The notes under the pieces are model-generated. The model searched no databases, was not told the origin of the DNA, and saw only the letters and a list, made by a program, of their open reading frames with translations. DNA of 62,943 nt, counting the filler, from Lenisia limosa (lineage: Eukaryota > Protista > Breviatea): the NCBI GenBank assembly GCA_001655205.1. It is 10 parts of 10 records of this genome, joined end to end, with 100 filler letters (N's around TTAATTAATTAA, not from the genome) between each part and the next. Parts side by side here need not be neighbours in the genome. Positions count along the whole stretch, not along the records: positions 31,954 to 35,610 come from LPNZ01003779.1; positions 35,711 to 38,413 come from LPNZ01011196.1; positions 38,514 to 53,229 come from LPNZ01003802.1; 7 more parts are not named here. One strand, written 5' to 3'. Position 1 is the first letter of the stretch; each line of letters opens with the position of its first letter. Below, in pieces: positions 35,194 to 47,100 of this stretch. The position numbers and the translations under genes were made by a program.

Positions 35194-37127
35194 GTAGGTG
35201 GATGTTCTCGTCTACTTAAGGGCAGTAAACTATAAGATGGATTTTGGACTGATGGCGGTTCTGGCTAATGATTTCTTTGGGGAGGGTTCGAACTTTCATA
35301 ATTTTTTTAAGGGCTACTAAATCGTCATCGTTGCTATCTCTTATATAAACGTAAAGCGTCTATGTTTCCATGAATGATGTCCCATTTTTTTGATTCATAA
35401 TACCTTTGCCAAGCTTTTTCTTGTTGAAATGTTTCTGTAGTGCTGTTAAACTTATTTCTGTTTTTCCGCGGGAATGTGGCTTTCGTTTCAAAAAATTAAT
35501 AGGCTGGAGTACTTATTTTTACACAGTTAAGGCCTCAAGTTGTTTTCTCGTTTCAAATCGTCTGCAAATTTTGAAATTTTCGTCATATATTCAGATAGTA
35601 TGTATATATANNNNNNNNNNNNNNNNNNNNNNNNNNNNNNNNNNNNNNNNNNNNTTAATTAATTAANNNNNNNNNNNNNNNNNNNNNNNNNNNNNNNNNN
35701 NNNNNNNNNNAAAACGACCACATTATATTGAACAAGGTTGTGTCTGGCCATACACCATTACGCTAATAAGAGATAAGGGGCTTCGCGCCATATTTTTTAG
35801 ATCGATTTTTTCTCGCTTTTCAGATATTTTATGTTATTTTTTGTTTCGTTTCATAAATTCTTCTTTCATCCCCCCCCCCCCACCATCGTAAGTCCTTAAA
35901 ACGAAGAGTNNNNNNNNNNNNNNNNNNNNNNNNNNNNNNNNNNNNNNNNNNNNNNNNNNNNNNNNNNNNNNNNNNNNNNNNNNNNNNNNNNNNNNNNNNN
36001 NNNNNNNNNNNNNNNNNNNNNNNNNNNNNNNNNNNNNNNNNNNNNNNNNNNNNNNNNNNNNNNNNNNNNNNNNNNNNNNNNNNNNNNNNNNNNNNNNNNN
36101 NNNNNNNNNNNNNNNNNNNNNNNNNNNNNNNNNNNATCACGAACCGAATAATCTGAAACTCCAAACAAACGAGAACAAAACACAAGCAATAACAAACACG
36201 AGCAGCCAAGGCTAAAACTAGACAAAAACCAGATGACAAAAACACAAAAGAAAATAGTACATGTGACATAAGGTCAATTGTATGAAACAAAAACAACAAA
36301 AAATGATAATCAAAGATGTTTACTTGGGGGGGAAAATAGAAAATTTCTGAAGAATAAACAATGATGAAAGATAAGGAGGGGGGGGGGAGTACNNNNNNNN
36401 NNNNNNNNNNNNNNNNNNNNNNNNNNNNNNNNNNNNNNNNNNNNNNNNNNNNNNNNNNNNNNNNNNNNNNNNNNNNNNNNNNNNNNNNNNNNNNNNNNNN
36501 NNTCACAAGAGCTGAAAAAACAAAGTTGCTTCAGTAGCACCGCATCAGAACCCCTCTTACCTCATATGCGCTGACAAGAGCCACCAGGAGAGCAATTCCA
36601 AGCCAGAACTGCTGCTGCATCCCAAAGCACTCCAATATTCTTTACTTGACGAAGGGTCAGCACGGAAATCCGTTATACCAGCGATACGTTCATCATCATC
36701 AACGATGATGAGGGTGATGTCACATCAAGATTAAAGAATCGCCAATGATCCCACTGATAATAGCTAACAAAGAGAGGGTGACAAGAGGGTAATCTCAAGC
36801 CAGAGGTGTGGATCAACTTGCTTATGGTAGCTGTGGTGGACCTTGCTTTTGTTGACGTGTTTTTGAGCTTTTGACTTTTTATTTTAGTTCTATTGTAATT
36901 GGCACTTTGTTACATGCAGAGGGGGGTGAGGAGAGGGAAGGATCGCGGCAAAAGGCAAGAAAATGTAACAAATGTAGGAACTTCTGGCTTGTTGGTTTGT
37001 TCTCCTTCCGTTCCACCACACGCCTTCCTTTTTTTAGAAAAGAGAGCAGTTTTTTTGGTCTATTTGGGAGAGATCAGGAAAAGAAATAAGGCTTACATCG
37101 AGACATCGAGACATCTTCCCATCTCCC

Positions 37128-37257
37128 AGGATCTTTCTCTTCCGCAGGGTTGCAGTTGTTATCGTCGCCTTGCTTGCCTTGACAATGTGGATTCTGTCGC
37201 TATTTGCGATCTTTGCTGTTGTCTTCTCTGCACAGGCTGCAGGACCAGCTCGCACTG
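37128..37257 (+). CDS. Isolated hydrophobic exon of an unidentified membrane protein
   Basis: CCGCAG acceptor, then VAVVIVALLALTMWILSLFAIFAVVFSAQAAG. Confidence 0.3.
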
Positions 37258-37579
37258 AGTACCTTGGAATTGATATTGGTATGTTTTTGATGGTGTTGTG
37301 ACGTGTTAATATTGATGTGTTCTTGATGATGGTGGTATTATTATGTTATTTATGTGTTATTTATGTTATTTATTGCTATTTTAGAAAGCGTTTAGATCGT
37401 TAAGTTTATATGGTTATGTTTTTGATGATGGTATGATATTTTTTGTTCTTGATGATAGTGATATTGTTTTGTTATTGATGATGGTGATATTGTTATGGAT
37501 GATAGTGTTTATATGTTAATTTACTGCAAAGAGGGCCATACATGCACTCACCAAAATTGTCTGATAATATTGATATAAG

Positions 37580-37706
37580 TAAGGCTCCATGTAATTAGTT
37601 TGTAAATTTGAAGAGGGACGTATTGGAACAAGAACCTCTTTTCAGACATTTTATTTTCAAATTTTGTCAATTAATTGCTTCAAAAAATTAATTACACAAC
37701 GCCCTA
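37580..37706. mobile_element. 127-bp hAT-like MITE, family G
   Basis: TIRs TAAGGCTCCATGTAATTAGTT and (reverse complement) TAGGGCGTTGTGTAATTAATT; flanks GATATAAG/ATTATTAG (5/8). Confidence 0.55.
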
Positions 37707-38635
37707 ATTATTAGATTGAATCAGCTTATTAATAATACGTATGCATATGTTAGCACATACTCTTCCCTACAGTCTGAAAACAACCGGTAAAATATCGATA
37801 TCTATAGAGGGTTCATCAAGGAAATCCGTTGTATGTGCGTAATATATCATATCATATATATATCATATAGCTATACATTATTACAAAGTCTATGATATCT
37901 AATAACGGCAGGAGGAACTCATATCAAGGGTTCAGTCATTGACATCATCAATGGCACGCAGGTAGGGGGGGGGGGNNNNNNNNNNNNNNNNNNNNNNNNN
38001 NNNNNNNNNNNNNNNNNNNNNNNNNNNNNNNNNNNNNNNNNNNNNNNNNNNNNNNNNNNNNATTGATTCTCGTGCTATCTTCCTTCATCATTTTTCGAAT
38101 AGAAAGTCTTATATGGTCATATCACTAGTGGATAAGGGTACGACAATTGATGATATGATCATATCTAGATGATATGGGTCAAATCTCAACTCGAAAATCA
38201 GCCCTATGTTCATATCACTAGGGGATATAGGCAATCTTCCTTCACCATTGGCATTTTTCTTTCATCATAAGCAACCTTCCTTCATCATAAGCAATCTTCC
38301 GTAACAATAGGTAATCTTCATCTACTATAACCGATCATTCTTCATCATCATTCAGGTCACTAAAACGGTTAAGTTCGATACTCCGCACCCCGGTACCCCA
38401 CGTCAAGTTGTTGNNNNNNNNNNNNNNNNNNNNNNNNNNNNNNNNNNNNNNNNNNNNTTAATTAATTAANNNNNNNNNNNNNNNNNNNNNNNNNNNNNNN
38501 NNNNNNNNNNNNNATCATTTGCCTTACAACTCTGTGCACACAGCTTTCTGTGTGCCTACACTATAATTCAGTATCTCTTTTTAGCGTGATGGGTGGATGG
38601 CTTCGGCCAGATTCCCTTGTTTCTCACTTAACATA

Positions 38636-38709
38636 CAGTGACCGGGAAAAGTCTTGATTTGCAATGTGATTTCCCAAGGAAAATCGGCCAAGACTTATTC
38701 CGGTCATTG
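38636..38709. mobile_element. Tc1/mariner-like MITE, family C (74 bp)
   Basis: TA|CAGTGACCGG...CCGGTCATTG|TA: TIR with TA duplication. Confidence 0.8.
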
Positions 38710-38724
38710 TATGTTCCCCCATAC

Positions 38725-41700
38725 GGAGCCATAACCAGCGGAGGGCCACATTGGCGGATCTGCTGATGTTCATGAGGGTTTGGAGCTTCTCAAGAATGTA
38801 CTCCTCTGACAAGACGCCCTACAAGGTCAAACTTCCTAATATCGGATATCCTTATATGGTAACAATCGGATATCCTTTTGAGATGACTCTAAGGATAGAT
38901 AGGTTTCTTCCTGGATTCAAAGTGCTTCAAATCTAGAATCAATAACATATTATATTGCAATGAGCAATAAAAAATAAGGTTGTATCTGGCCNNNNNNNNN
39001 NNNNNNNNNNNNNNNNNNNNNNNNNNNNNNNNNNNNNNNNNNNNNNNTTGCGTTTCTTTGTGAAATAAATGAGGCCAGTCAAACATCAAGCTAAATGGGA
39101 TCCTCACCTCCTTCAGCTCTTCCTGGAGCTTATTGAGGACCAAAGGGACATTCTTTGAGTGCATAAGGAATTGTTTCTACAGAGTCAACTTCGGTACCTG
39201 GTTGGCATAGAGCCATTTTGGGACAACAACTCAGCAATTAAGAGTTAAATTTTCCATTTATATCAGTTTTTGGGACCTGTTTAACAATCCCAAAAGGGTG
39301 GGGAAAGACGCTTTAGCCAGTAAAGTGGCAACTGTTTCATAGAACAAACAGTAACAACAGAAGATATCAGGGGTTTAACAAAGAAGAGTAAAGAAACTGG
39401 TAAAGTGCCCCCCCCCCCCNNNNNNNNNNNNNNNNNNNNNNNNNNNNNNNNNNNNNNNNNNNNNNNNNNNNNNNNNNNNNNNNNNNNNNNNNNNNNNNNN
39501 NNNNCTTTGTAGGGCTCCCATGCAGAGGTCAGGTCCACGTGGTAGCCGAGGTAGAAAGAAATCACCCAGTTGTCAGCGAAGTGCTTATCAACAATTCCTC
39601 TCATTACAGCCTATGGGAGGTGAAACAAAGCAATTTTTGAATAAAGAGAAAAATAACTCTTTTGGCTTACATTTAAGACTCTTGTGAGGGTGAAACAACA
39701 ACATATTGAAGGTGATTAAATGATAATATCATACATCATCATATCGATATGTATTCTCTAGCTACAGTGACCAGGATATGTCTTAACCGATATTCTATGT
39801 GATTTTCCAAGGAAATAGGTCTGATCTCGGTCACTGTATATTTATTAAGTCAAATTCAACAACACAGTTCCAACGGCCCCACAAACACTGTCGGTTTCAA
39901 GTAGCGTTGGGCTGAAATAGAGGATGACATAGAGCATAGCAGCCTGGGTTTGGAGAGCAGTGGAGCGGTGAGCTGGGTGTGTTAGAAGATGGTTTCTCAA
40001 AATACATTAAATGATTGGAAGGAGAAGAGGGAAGAGGAATGAAAAACAATTGCTGTGTATTTTGGGTGACAAAGAAAGAGCAGATAGTAATACTCACCGG
40101 GATTGGGATAGATATCAAGCTGCGAGTAAATGTCGTCAGTCCTGAGACGAGCAATCACCATGTCAATCAAAGTCTCGTTGATGGGGAATCTATGCGGAAT
40201 AAGAGGGCAAACTTCATAACCCCACATTACCACAAATTTACAAAACGCAAAAATATTGCTGTTTTGATTGTTCATACGTTTTTATACTTGGTTTTCTACT
40301 TAAGTTTTTAACTGAGAAATAAAAATACACCTGCCCCAGTAGACCTTGCGAAGAGTTCTTCGGGGTACTTTGCTGGTCTCTTGCCGCCAAGAACAAACCC
40401 TAAAAGAACGTAACGAAAGAAGAATATAATCATCCGCACCGCAGTATCCAACAACCACCCAAACCAGTACGTCTGACGAGCTTGAGAACGTCATCCATGT
40501 TTCGAGCGTTACGACCCTGTTAAAGTCAGGATCGGATGCAAAAAGTAGCATAATATATAAAAATGAGATTAAATTAAGGTAGGCCGTCCGCCCCTTCACG
40601 TTTAGCAGGGATATTGATTATAATATCAAGTAAAAGGGAGGTGTACGAAGAAAAACGTATTTTTTCCCCCCAATACTAACACCCTATCCCCCCCTCCCCC
40701 AAATACCTTGTATCTGTAGAATGAAACAGCCAGACGCTCACGAACTTCACCAACAAACACCTGTGAGGTTAATGGGGAGTGGACAGGACTTTTAACAAAA
40801 ACAATGAAAATTGATGAATCAAAAAATGAGATATCACTCTATTTGCTTATTATCTCAGACATATATGCACAAGCCATTACAAGTGGTTTTAGAACGCAAA
40901 ATACAGCACCTCAAGCCTCTTACCAAGTCCATAAGGAGGAGCATGCATCCATACAGGTAGCAAGCTTCACTAAAGAGCTGTTTACCGTCACTGTTGGCCA
41001 GGACTCTCTGGAGGGGGGGGGGGTAATACAAGCCCAAACCAAAAATGGGAAGTAAAATAATATAGTTATAAAGCCTCCCTTGATTGAGTAACGCTCAATA
41101 ACAAAATATTAAGATGATCACCCCCCCCCCTTACGTCGAGGGTGAGTTGGATGAAGACACCGTTATTAAGTTCATCGACATAGCGGTTAATGTCACTGAC
41201 GTATTTGTAGATCTATAGGGTCAAAACACTTAAAGTTAACATATTCATTCAGATCAAGAAAGGATACAAAATACATCAAGATATCGAGTAGCTTACCGAT
41301 TCAAATAAGTTGTAGAACCGAACAAGCATTTCCAAATGTGATTCCATGAACTCCTCGTCAAGTTCTCTCAGGGCCTGATGATAACGAAAAAGCATGGCGT
41401 ATATTTCAAGAATGTAAACGAGTAAGGGTGAGATTTTCAAAGAGAATAGAAGATACAGAAGTTATACAAATTTTGAAACCCTCCAAAAAATACTGAGAGG
41501 TACAAAAAGAGAGATAGAATATGACTTCAATACTATTGACACAGAATACAGGGTTGTTAATACGATACTAGCATTAAGACAATGATAACTTTACTTTAAT
41601 GAGCTGCTAATAAACAACCCTACCATATTGTTTTCAATTTTATGATCGTGGTGCTGAGCAACCGAAAGATAACTGTCGAGAATAAGTCCATGTTAAATAA

Positions 41701-42077
41701 AGACTGCCTCAAAAAAAACCATCAAGATCTGCAAACCTGAAGTCGAAGACAAACTGCCCGAATCCTCTCCCAGAGTCGTCTTTTCCAGTAGAAAACACAC
41801 TATAAGAATGATACCAAGGGAAGGTGCCTCGAGGTGGGCAAAAGAAACTGTTGAGTTATTTTAAGAGGATTTGTACATATTTCCCGCCAACGTTGGTACA
41901 TGTTCGGATAAACGAAGCATTTCAGCGATGATAGCACTGCCACGAGACACAAGGCGCTGAGTAATATAAGATACAGAGTGGCAATTGACCCAAAATTTTC
42001 TAAAACAGCCTTAAACATACCAGTAAAGACTGGCCTGCGACAGAGGATGCCGCCAAGAAGTCTATTTGAGAAGACAT
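38725..42077 (-). CDS. WASHC5: Strumpellin (WASH complex subunit 5), 5' half; 3'-truncated by the linker
   Basis: Exons give [53 protein letters not shown]...[53 protein letters not shown] and EEYIL...NVALRWL. Confidence 0.92.
39765..39836. mobile_element. Tc1/mariner-like MITE, family C (72 bp), in a WASHC5 intron
   Basis: TA|CAGTGACC...GGTCACTG|TA. Confidence 0.8.
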
Positions 42078-42429
42078 CTTCGCAACCAGGTTTCCCCAAT
42101 ATTACTAGTTCACTTCAATCAATACAAATATATAATCCTAGGCTAGTTTCAGGACAAGAGGTCAGAAAATCGAGCGCATTTTTATTTTTCATCTCGTGGA
42201 TGGATGATCTTCTATTTTAATTACTTTTTGTTTTTCAAAGAAGCCCTCTACTTTGGAATATATTGGTTATACTTTAAGATTATCAGTTTATATACGTATT
42301 AAGACAGGAAAAGAGGCGATATAATCTTTTGGGTATTCGATATCGAAGTTTCTTCTCACGGTTGCTGCCCCAAAGCACCTTTGCCACGCATTTGAGTTCC
42401 ACTGGGTGTAGTCCCGGAATAGTCACAAG
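42078..42429. promoter_or_regulatory. Putative bidirectional promoter region between WASHC5 and the REEP gene
   Basis: 352-bp spacer between head-to-head ATGs; no motif identified. Confidence 0.3.
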
Positions 42430-45400
42430 ATGGGGCTTGGCTATGTTCTCTCTCAAGTTGGATGGTGGGAAAGTGGCTGGTCGTTACCGTTACCTTTCAG
42501 TGACTTCCTCATGCTTGTATACCCCTTCTACAAGACATTTAAGGCGTTGAAAAACGAACGAGACGAGGAGTACCGACAATGGCTGATGTTTTGGTTTGCG
42601 GAAGAGCATCCTTTATCGCCATTTTTGTCCTGGTCATAAGAACAGTTTGATCTGTTTTCATTGTTTCTACCACCATAAGTGGAGATCACCAGCTGCGAGA
42701 TATTTTTGTAGTATATATGGAATAATATTGCTTGGTACTCATGACCTCAAAGTAACAAAACAAAAGACTGAATTCTATTAACAGTTTTGGTTTCAGATAC
42801 TTTCTGAAAGACTGAACAATATACCTTGATAAGTCTTGATATTTGATAGCAGCATTATTCTCGTTTTTATCGATAACACACGATCATCCCAATCTACTAT
42901 CAAATGTGAAACGTTTTCACCATGTACTAGATATTTATCTATCAACAGTAGTATTGCAAATAATATCGATCCTTCAACTAACCTAACTGTGATCGCATTG
43001 ATCTTACCATCTAGGGCGGTGGTTGGAGTGTTCTCAATTTTCGAGTCGTACATTGAATGGACCGTGTCATGGCTTCCTTTCTTTTATGAGCTGAAGGTTT
43101 GCTCCGTAATTTAGTAGATTTAGTTCCTGTAAATTCTTCATCATTCAGCTTTGGCTCACTTCTAAGAGATATCTTTCTGCTCAGTCTTTTCCTTTTTTTG
43201 TTTACAAATAGTTTACATGTAATACATACCAACGGACAAAGCTATTGATGATAACAACTCAGCTACTGTTTGTTCTGTGGCTAGCGGCACCTCAAAGCCA
43301 GGGAGCCGTGTCGTTGTACAGCCGCCTTCTCCACCCCTTCCTTATCGAACGCGAGGAGCAAATCGACAACAAGATTGATGAGGTAAGTGATCGTGGGGCC
43401 TCCATTAATACTCCACCGACATCACTCACAAATATGTCTAATTAGTATAATTCTCAATAGAGGGGTATTTATTATTGTTTTTTGTTTCATTCCAAACCCT
43501 ATATGTGCTATTCAGTCAATTAAGTGAATACATTGGATTGACCGTTATTATTATTATTTCTCCGGTCATAAAATCCAATACCTGTCCAACCATGTACCAC
43601 CATTTCATTGATTATCCTCCCCTCTTATTGTGTTATTTTGGGATTTGCCTCGCTTTTGTTTATCAATCAAAATTGGATTTACCCTTTGATATGTTCTTTC
43701 GATTTTTTTTCTCAGTTTAATTTCTTCACAATCAAAATTGGACTTATCCCCNNNNNNNNNNNNNNNNNNNNNNNNNNNNNNNNNNNNNNNNNNNNNNNNN
43801 NNNNNNNNNNNNNNNNNNNNNNNNNNNNNNNNNNNNNNNNNNNNNNNNNNNNNNNNNNNNNNNNNNNNNNNNNNNNNNGAAGGGCATGAGCTGGGTGCAG
43901 CAAAATTCAGCAAAAGCCCTCCAGATGGTATGTTTGAGCTTGTTTTAGAAGTCAACATTATGTAGTATCATCATGATTGTAATTTTTCGTGCTTTACATG
44001 ACTGTGGTAAGTCCTTGACCGGTAGAATCAGATTTCTCATGACAACAATCGGTCTAGACTTATTATGGGCATATGTAATTATGTGATGTACCAAAAATAG
44101 TATTGCGTACAACCCATACAATGTACTTATATAACACTAACTCCCAAGGCCTCTGGGATGATAGCGAAGGAGAACGCTGCGGGTCTGCTGCAATACGCCG
44201 TCAACAACGCCATTGGTACCGGTGCTCCTGCAGAATCACCGGGTATTTGGGAGATCATTGCAAAATGGATGATTTGGTGAATTATTATACCCCTGATGCA
44301 ACCTGGTATAAATTGTAAACTTGACACTTCCCGACCACGGTCAGTCACTACAACAGCAATTTACATTTATTATTATTATTATTTTTTTCATTCCTACTTT
44401 GATAACGGTTGCACCTCTCCATTTCAAATTGAAGGGATAAACTTGACCAAATAGCAGAGGAAGAGCAGAGCAAAATGAAGGCTTCGATCAGCGAGATCAA
44501 GGAAGACAGATCCACGCCACTTTCTCGCGCGCTGGCGCAAGCCGCTGAGGCTGAAGCTAGGTATGGAGCATTTCATTTACAGTGCTAAAAAACATGGATA
44601 AACGATAACGTGACTTTCCTTCATCCAGGGTAATTTAGCTGATATTTCTGCACAATTAGAGCGTCTCTTCAGTTCAAAAGACTGTAAATCCTCGAAAACT
44701 ATCGATATATCTTTTTCGAACCGAAGTGAAGACCTATACACAATGTCACTCTAACCCTTACCTCCATCTGCCATCAGCTGACACTTTAGGGCGGCGGCGG
44801 CGGAACATTCAGCTGAGCAGGCTCGAAGGAAAGCCTCCGAGGAAGCGGCCGCAGCTAGAGAGGCCAGGTGAGGGGAGAGGCTTGGAGCCCTACGGTCCCA
44901 AAGAATGACTGTTTTCTCGAGAAATCCCTAAATATTTTGGACCATAGGGAAGTCATACTTGGAGCAGGTCGTATAAGGTGATAATGATGTCTTTTTGTCA
45001 GTTTGTCTGACATGATACTGTCACAGCATACAGTATTTGTGCTTTTTATCACCCCTCGTTCAATACTCATTCTATTCTCTGATGCCTTCCCCACCCCAGA
45101 CTTAGGGCATCATATGGAGAGGCCTCCCCCCGGCCGCGTACGAGGCTACAGAATATGTCTCCGCAGTCGGCAGCTTTGGCTTCCGGAGACTCCAGCCCAG
45201 CCGCTAGGTACGCTGTGTCCGTTTATGGGTTCAATATATTAATTAGCCGTTTAATTTCAAGGGATTCATCCCATATGACAAGGTGTTTTAACATCTTTAG
45301 ATTCCATTACAACACAAGATCTCGCTCCAGCCCAAATAAAAGCAGCGATTCTGACTATTATGAGAGTGGGTTGACGTGTTTGAATTTATCCTCAGGTTCA

Positions 45401-45780
45401 TCGTATTCATCTTCCAAAAGCTATTCTTTTCTTTCATTTGTGAAATGTCTACAGATCAGACTTGATCGGAATCCGGGGGTGGTTTTTTATCAAGTCTGAT
45501 CTTGAATAGTTGAATTGATATTGACTAGTTTAATTTGGTGTAATGTGTTATGGGGGGGGGGGGCGCAAGTTGCCATATTGATCTTTTCTCATTCCATTAG
45601 GCTGGGCATATCAATTTAACTCAGCTCGTGATTTGTATGTGTCGAATTCCAGCCAATCTTTCTCCATCATTCCAAACTTGGAGATGTTGTCAATTGTACC
45701 TACCTTATGTTATTGTAGGTGATCCCGTCGAGACTCAACCGCAAGAAAAACCAACTTACAGAAGAAGAAGAGCTGCTTAA
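42430..45780 (+). CDS. TB2/DP1/HVA22 (REEP-family) ER-shaping protein with a long C-terminal extension
   Basis: LVYPFYKTFKAL...YRQWLMFW-AVVGVFSIFE...WLPFFYELK-LLFVLWLAAPQSQGAVSLY...LHPFL...IDNKID is the HVA22 domain, followed by Ala/Glu/Ser-rich exons; probable TAA at 45778-45780. Confidence 0.8.
44657..44736 (+). mobile_element. hAT-type MITE, family A, degenerate left end
   Basis: Right TIR TTTTCGAACCGAAGTGAAGACCTA; TSD TGCACAAT/TACACAAT (7/8). Confidence 0.75.
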
Positions 45781-45895
45781 ACTGTGTCACCTTTTTTATT
45801 CAATGTATCCCCCTATTTCATTAAGAATATGGTCCGATCCACTTTGTTCCAGATTGTCTCAGTGTTGAAATCAGCACGTGATATTCATAAACATT

Positions 45896-46340
45896 CTAGT
45901 CAAGGTCACTAAGGTCTTCATCTTTCGGCGGAACTTGAGGAACACGGTTGAGCGGCTTGCTCCAGTATACGCTTGATTTTGGGACTTCAGGAGAGGGCTG
46001 AGCTGGAGGGGTCTAGGTCGTGAGAATCATTTGAAGCAGAACATACAATACAATAAAATTCAAATTTAGGGATACAGTTACTGGGGCACTAACCATATTG
46101 AGGTGAAACCGTGAGCCTGCAGGGCTTCGTACAGAGGGGCTCAGGGCGCCTGGGCTTCCCATACTGCATCGGTTATTAAAATGTGAAAATACTTCAAAGC
46201 TGAATGGCAGATGTTAAAAGCTCATAAAATTCTTGGAAAATATTTTGACATTTGATGATGTAATTTGAGGATCAGTTTGGAACTCACCGGCAAGGTTCAT
46301 CGAATTGAACATCCGATCGAAAAGCGCTAGGACGTGGCAT
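45896..46340 (-). CDS. Small three-exon Pro/Ser-rich hypothetical protein (~80 aa)
   Basis: MPRPSAFRSDVQFDEPCR|MGSPGALSPSVRSPAGSRFHLNM|TPPAQPSPEVPKSSVYWSKPL...DLSDLD*, with phase-consistent GT-AG junctions. Confidence 0.4.
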
Positions 46341-47100
46341 TTAACTAAACTGGAACAGGTAATTTGACATGGCATATTTGTCGACACAATGAGGAAATGA
46401 GGTAAACATACAAAATGTTCGATAGTGATATTGAATTGAAAATAGTTGATTTGTCAAATGTCATTGAAAAGAACTTCAAAATACGAAAACATAACTGAGA
46501 ACTTGGAGATTATGTCGTGACACACATCACAGAAAACGAAACCACGAATATGTATACAAATGAAAAAACAATAAAAAAAGTATGACAGAAGATAACTCAT
46601 TTTTATGACCATATTATAGCATAGCGAACCTAACCTTGAATGATAGGAATCAAATGGCTAGATGGTGGGAAGGTGGCTTTGACAAAAGGTGAAACTACCA
46701 AATGAGGAAGAGAGCAAAAAGAAGAAGCTGCTTGGTTATTTAATGAGAAACCTCAAGTACGTCTTAATCAAGAAATACGAGGATTTAAGGAAGAGAGGAG
46801 GGTGCTTAGGAGAGGTGGGATTGAAATCAGATTAAATTTGGCACTAATGTCACTATTTTTGAAAACACTAAATCGCAAATTATAGCAAACAACAAGTGTT
46901 TCCTTGTGTAAATTGGGTAATAAAAGAAATCAAACTTTCCTATTTTGGCAAGTCAATTGGAACAACTGAAGATACCTAAATGTTCGCTTAGCGATATATT
47001 CGCATTTTCTACCATCCTGTGTCCTCCATGATCTTCTCTTTTGCTCTTTAAGCTTCAGTTTTTCATATTTACCTTTCTGATGACATTTAACCATGTGGTC

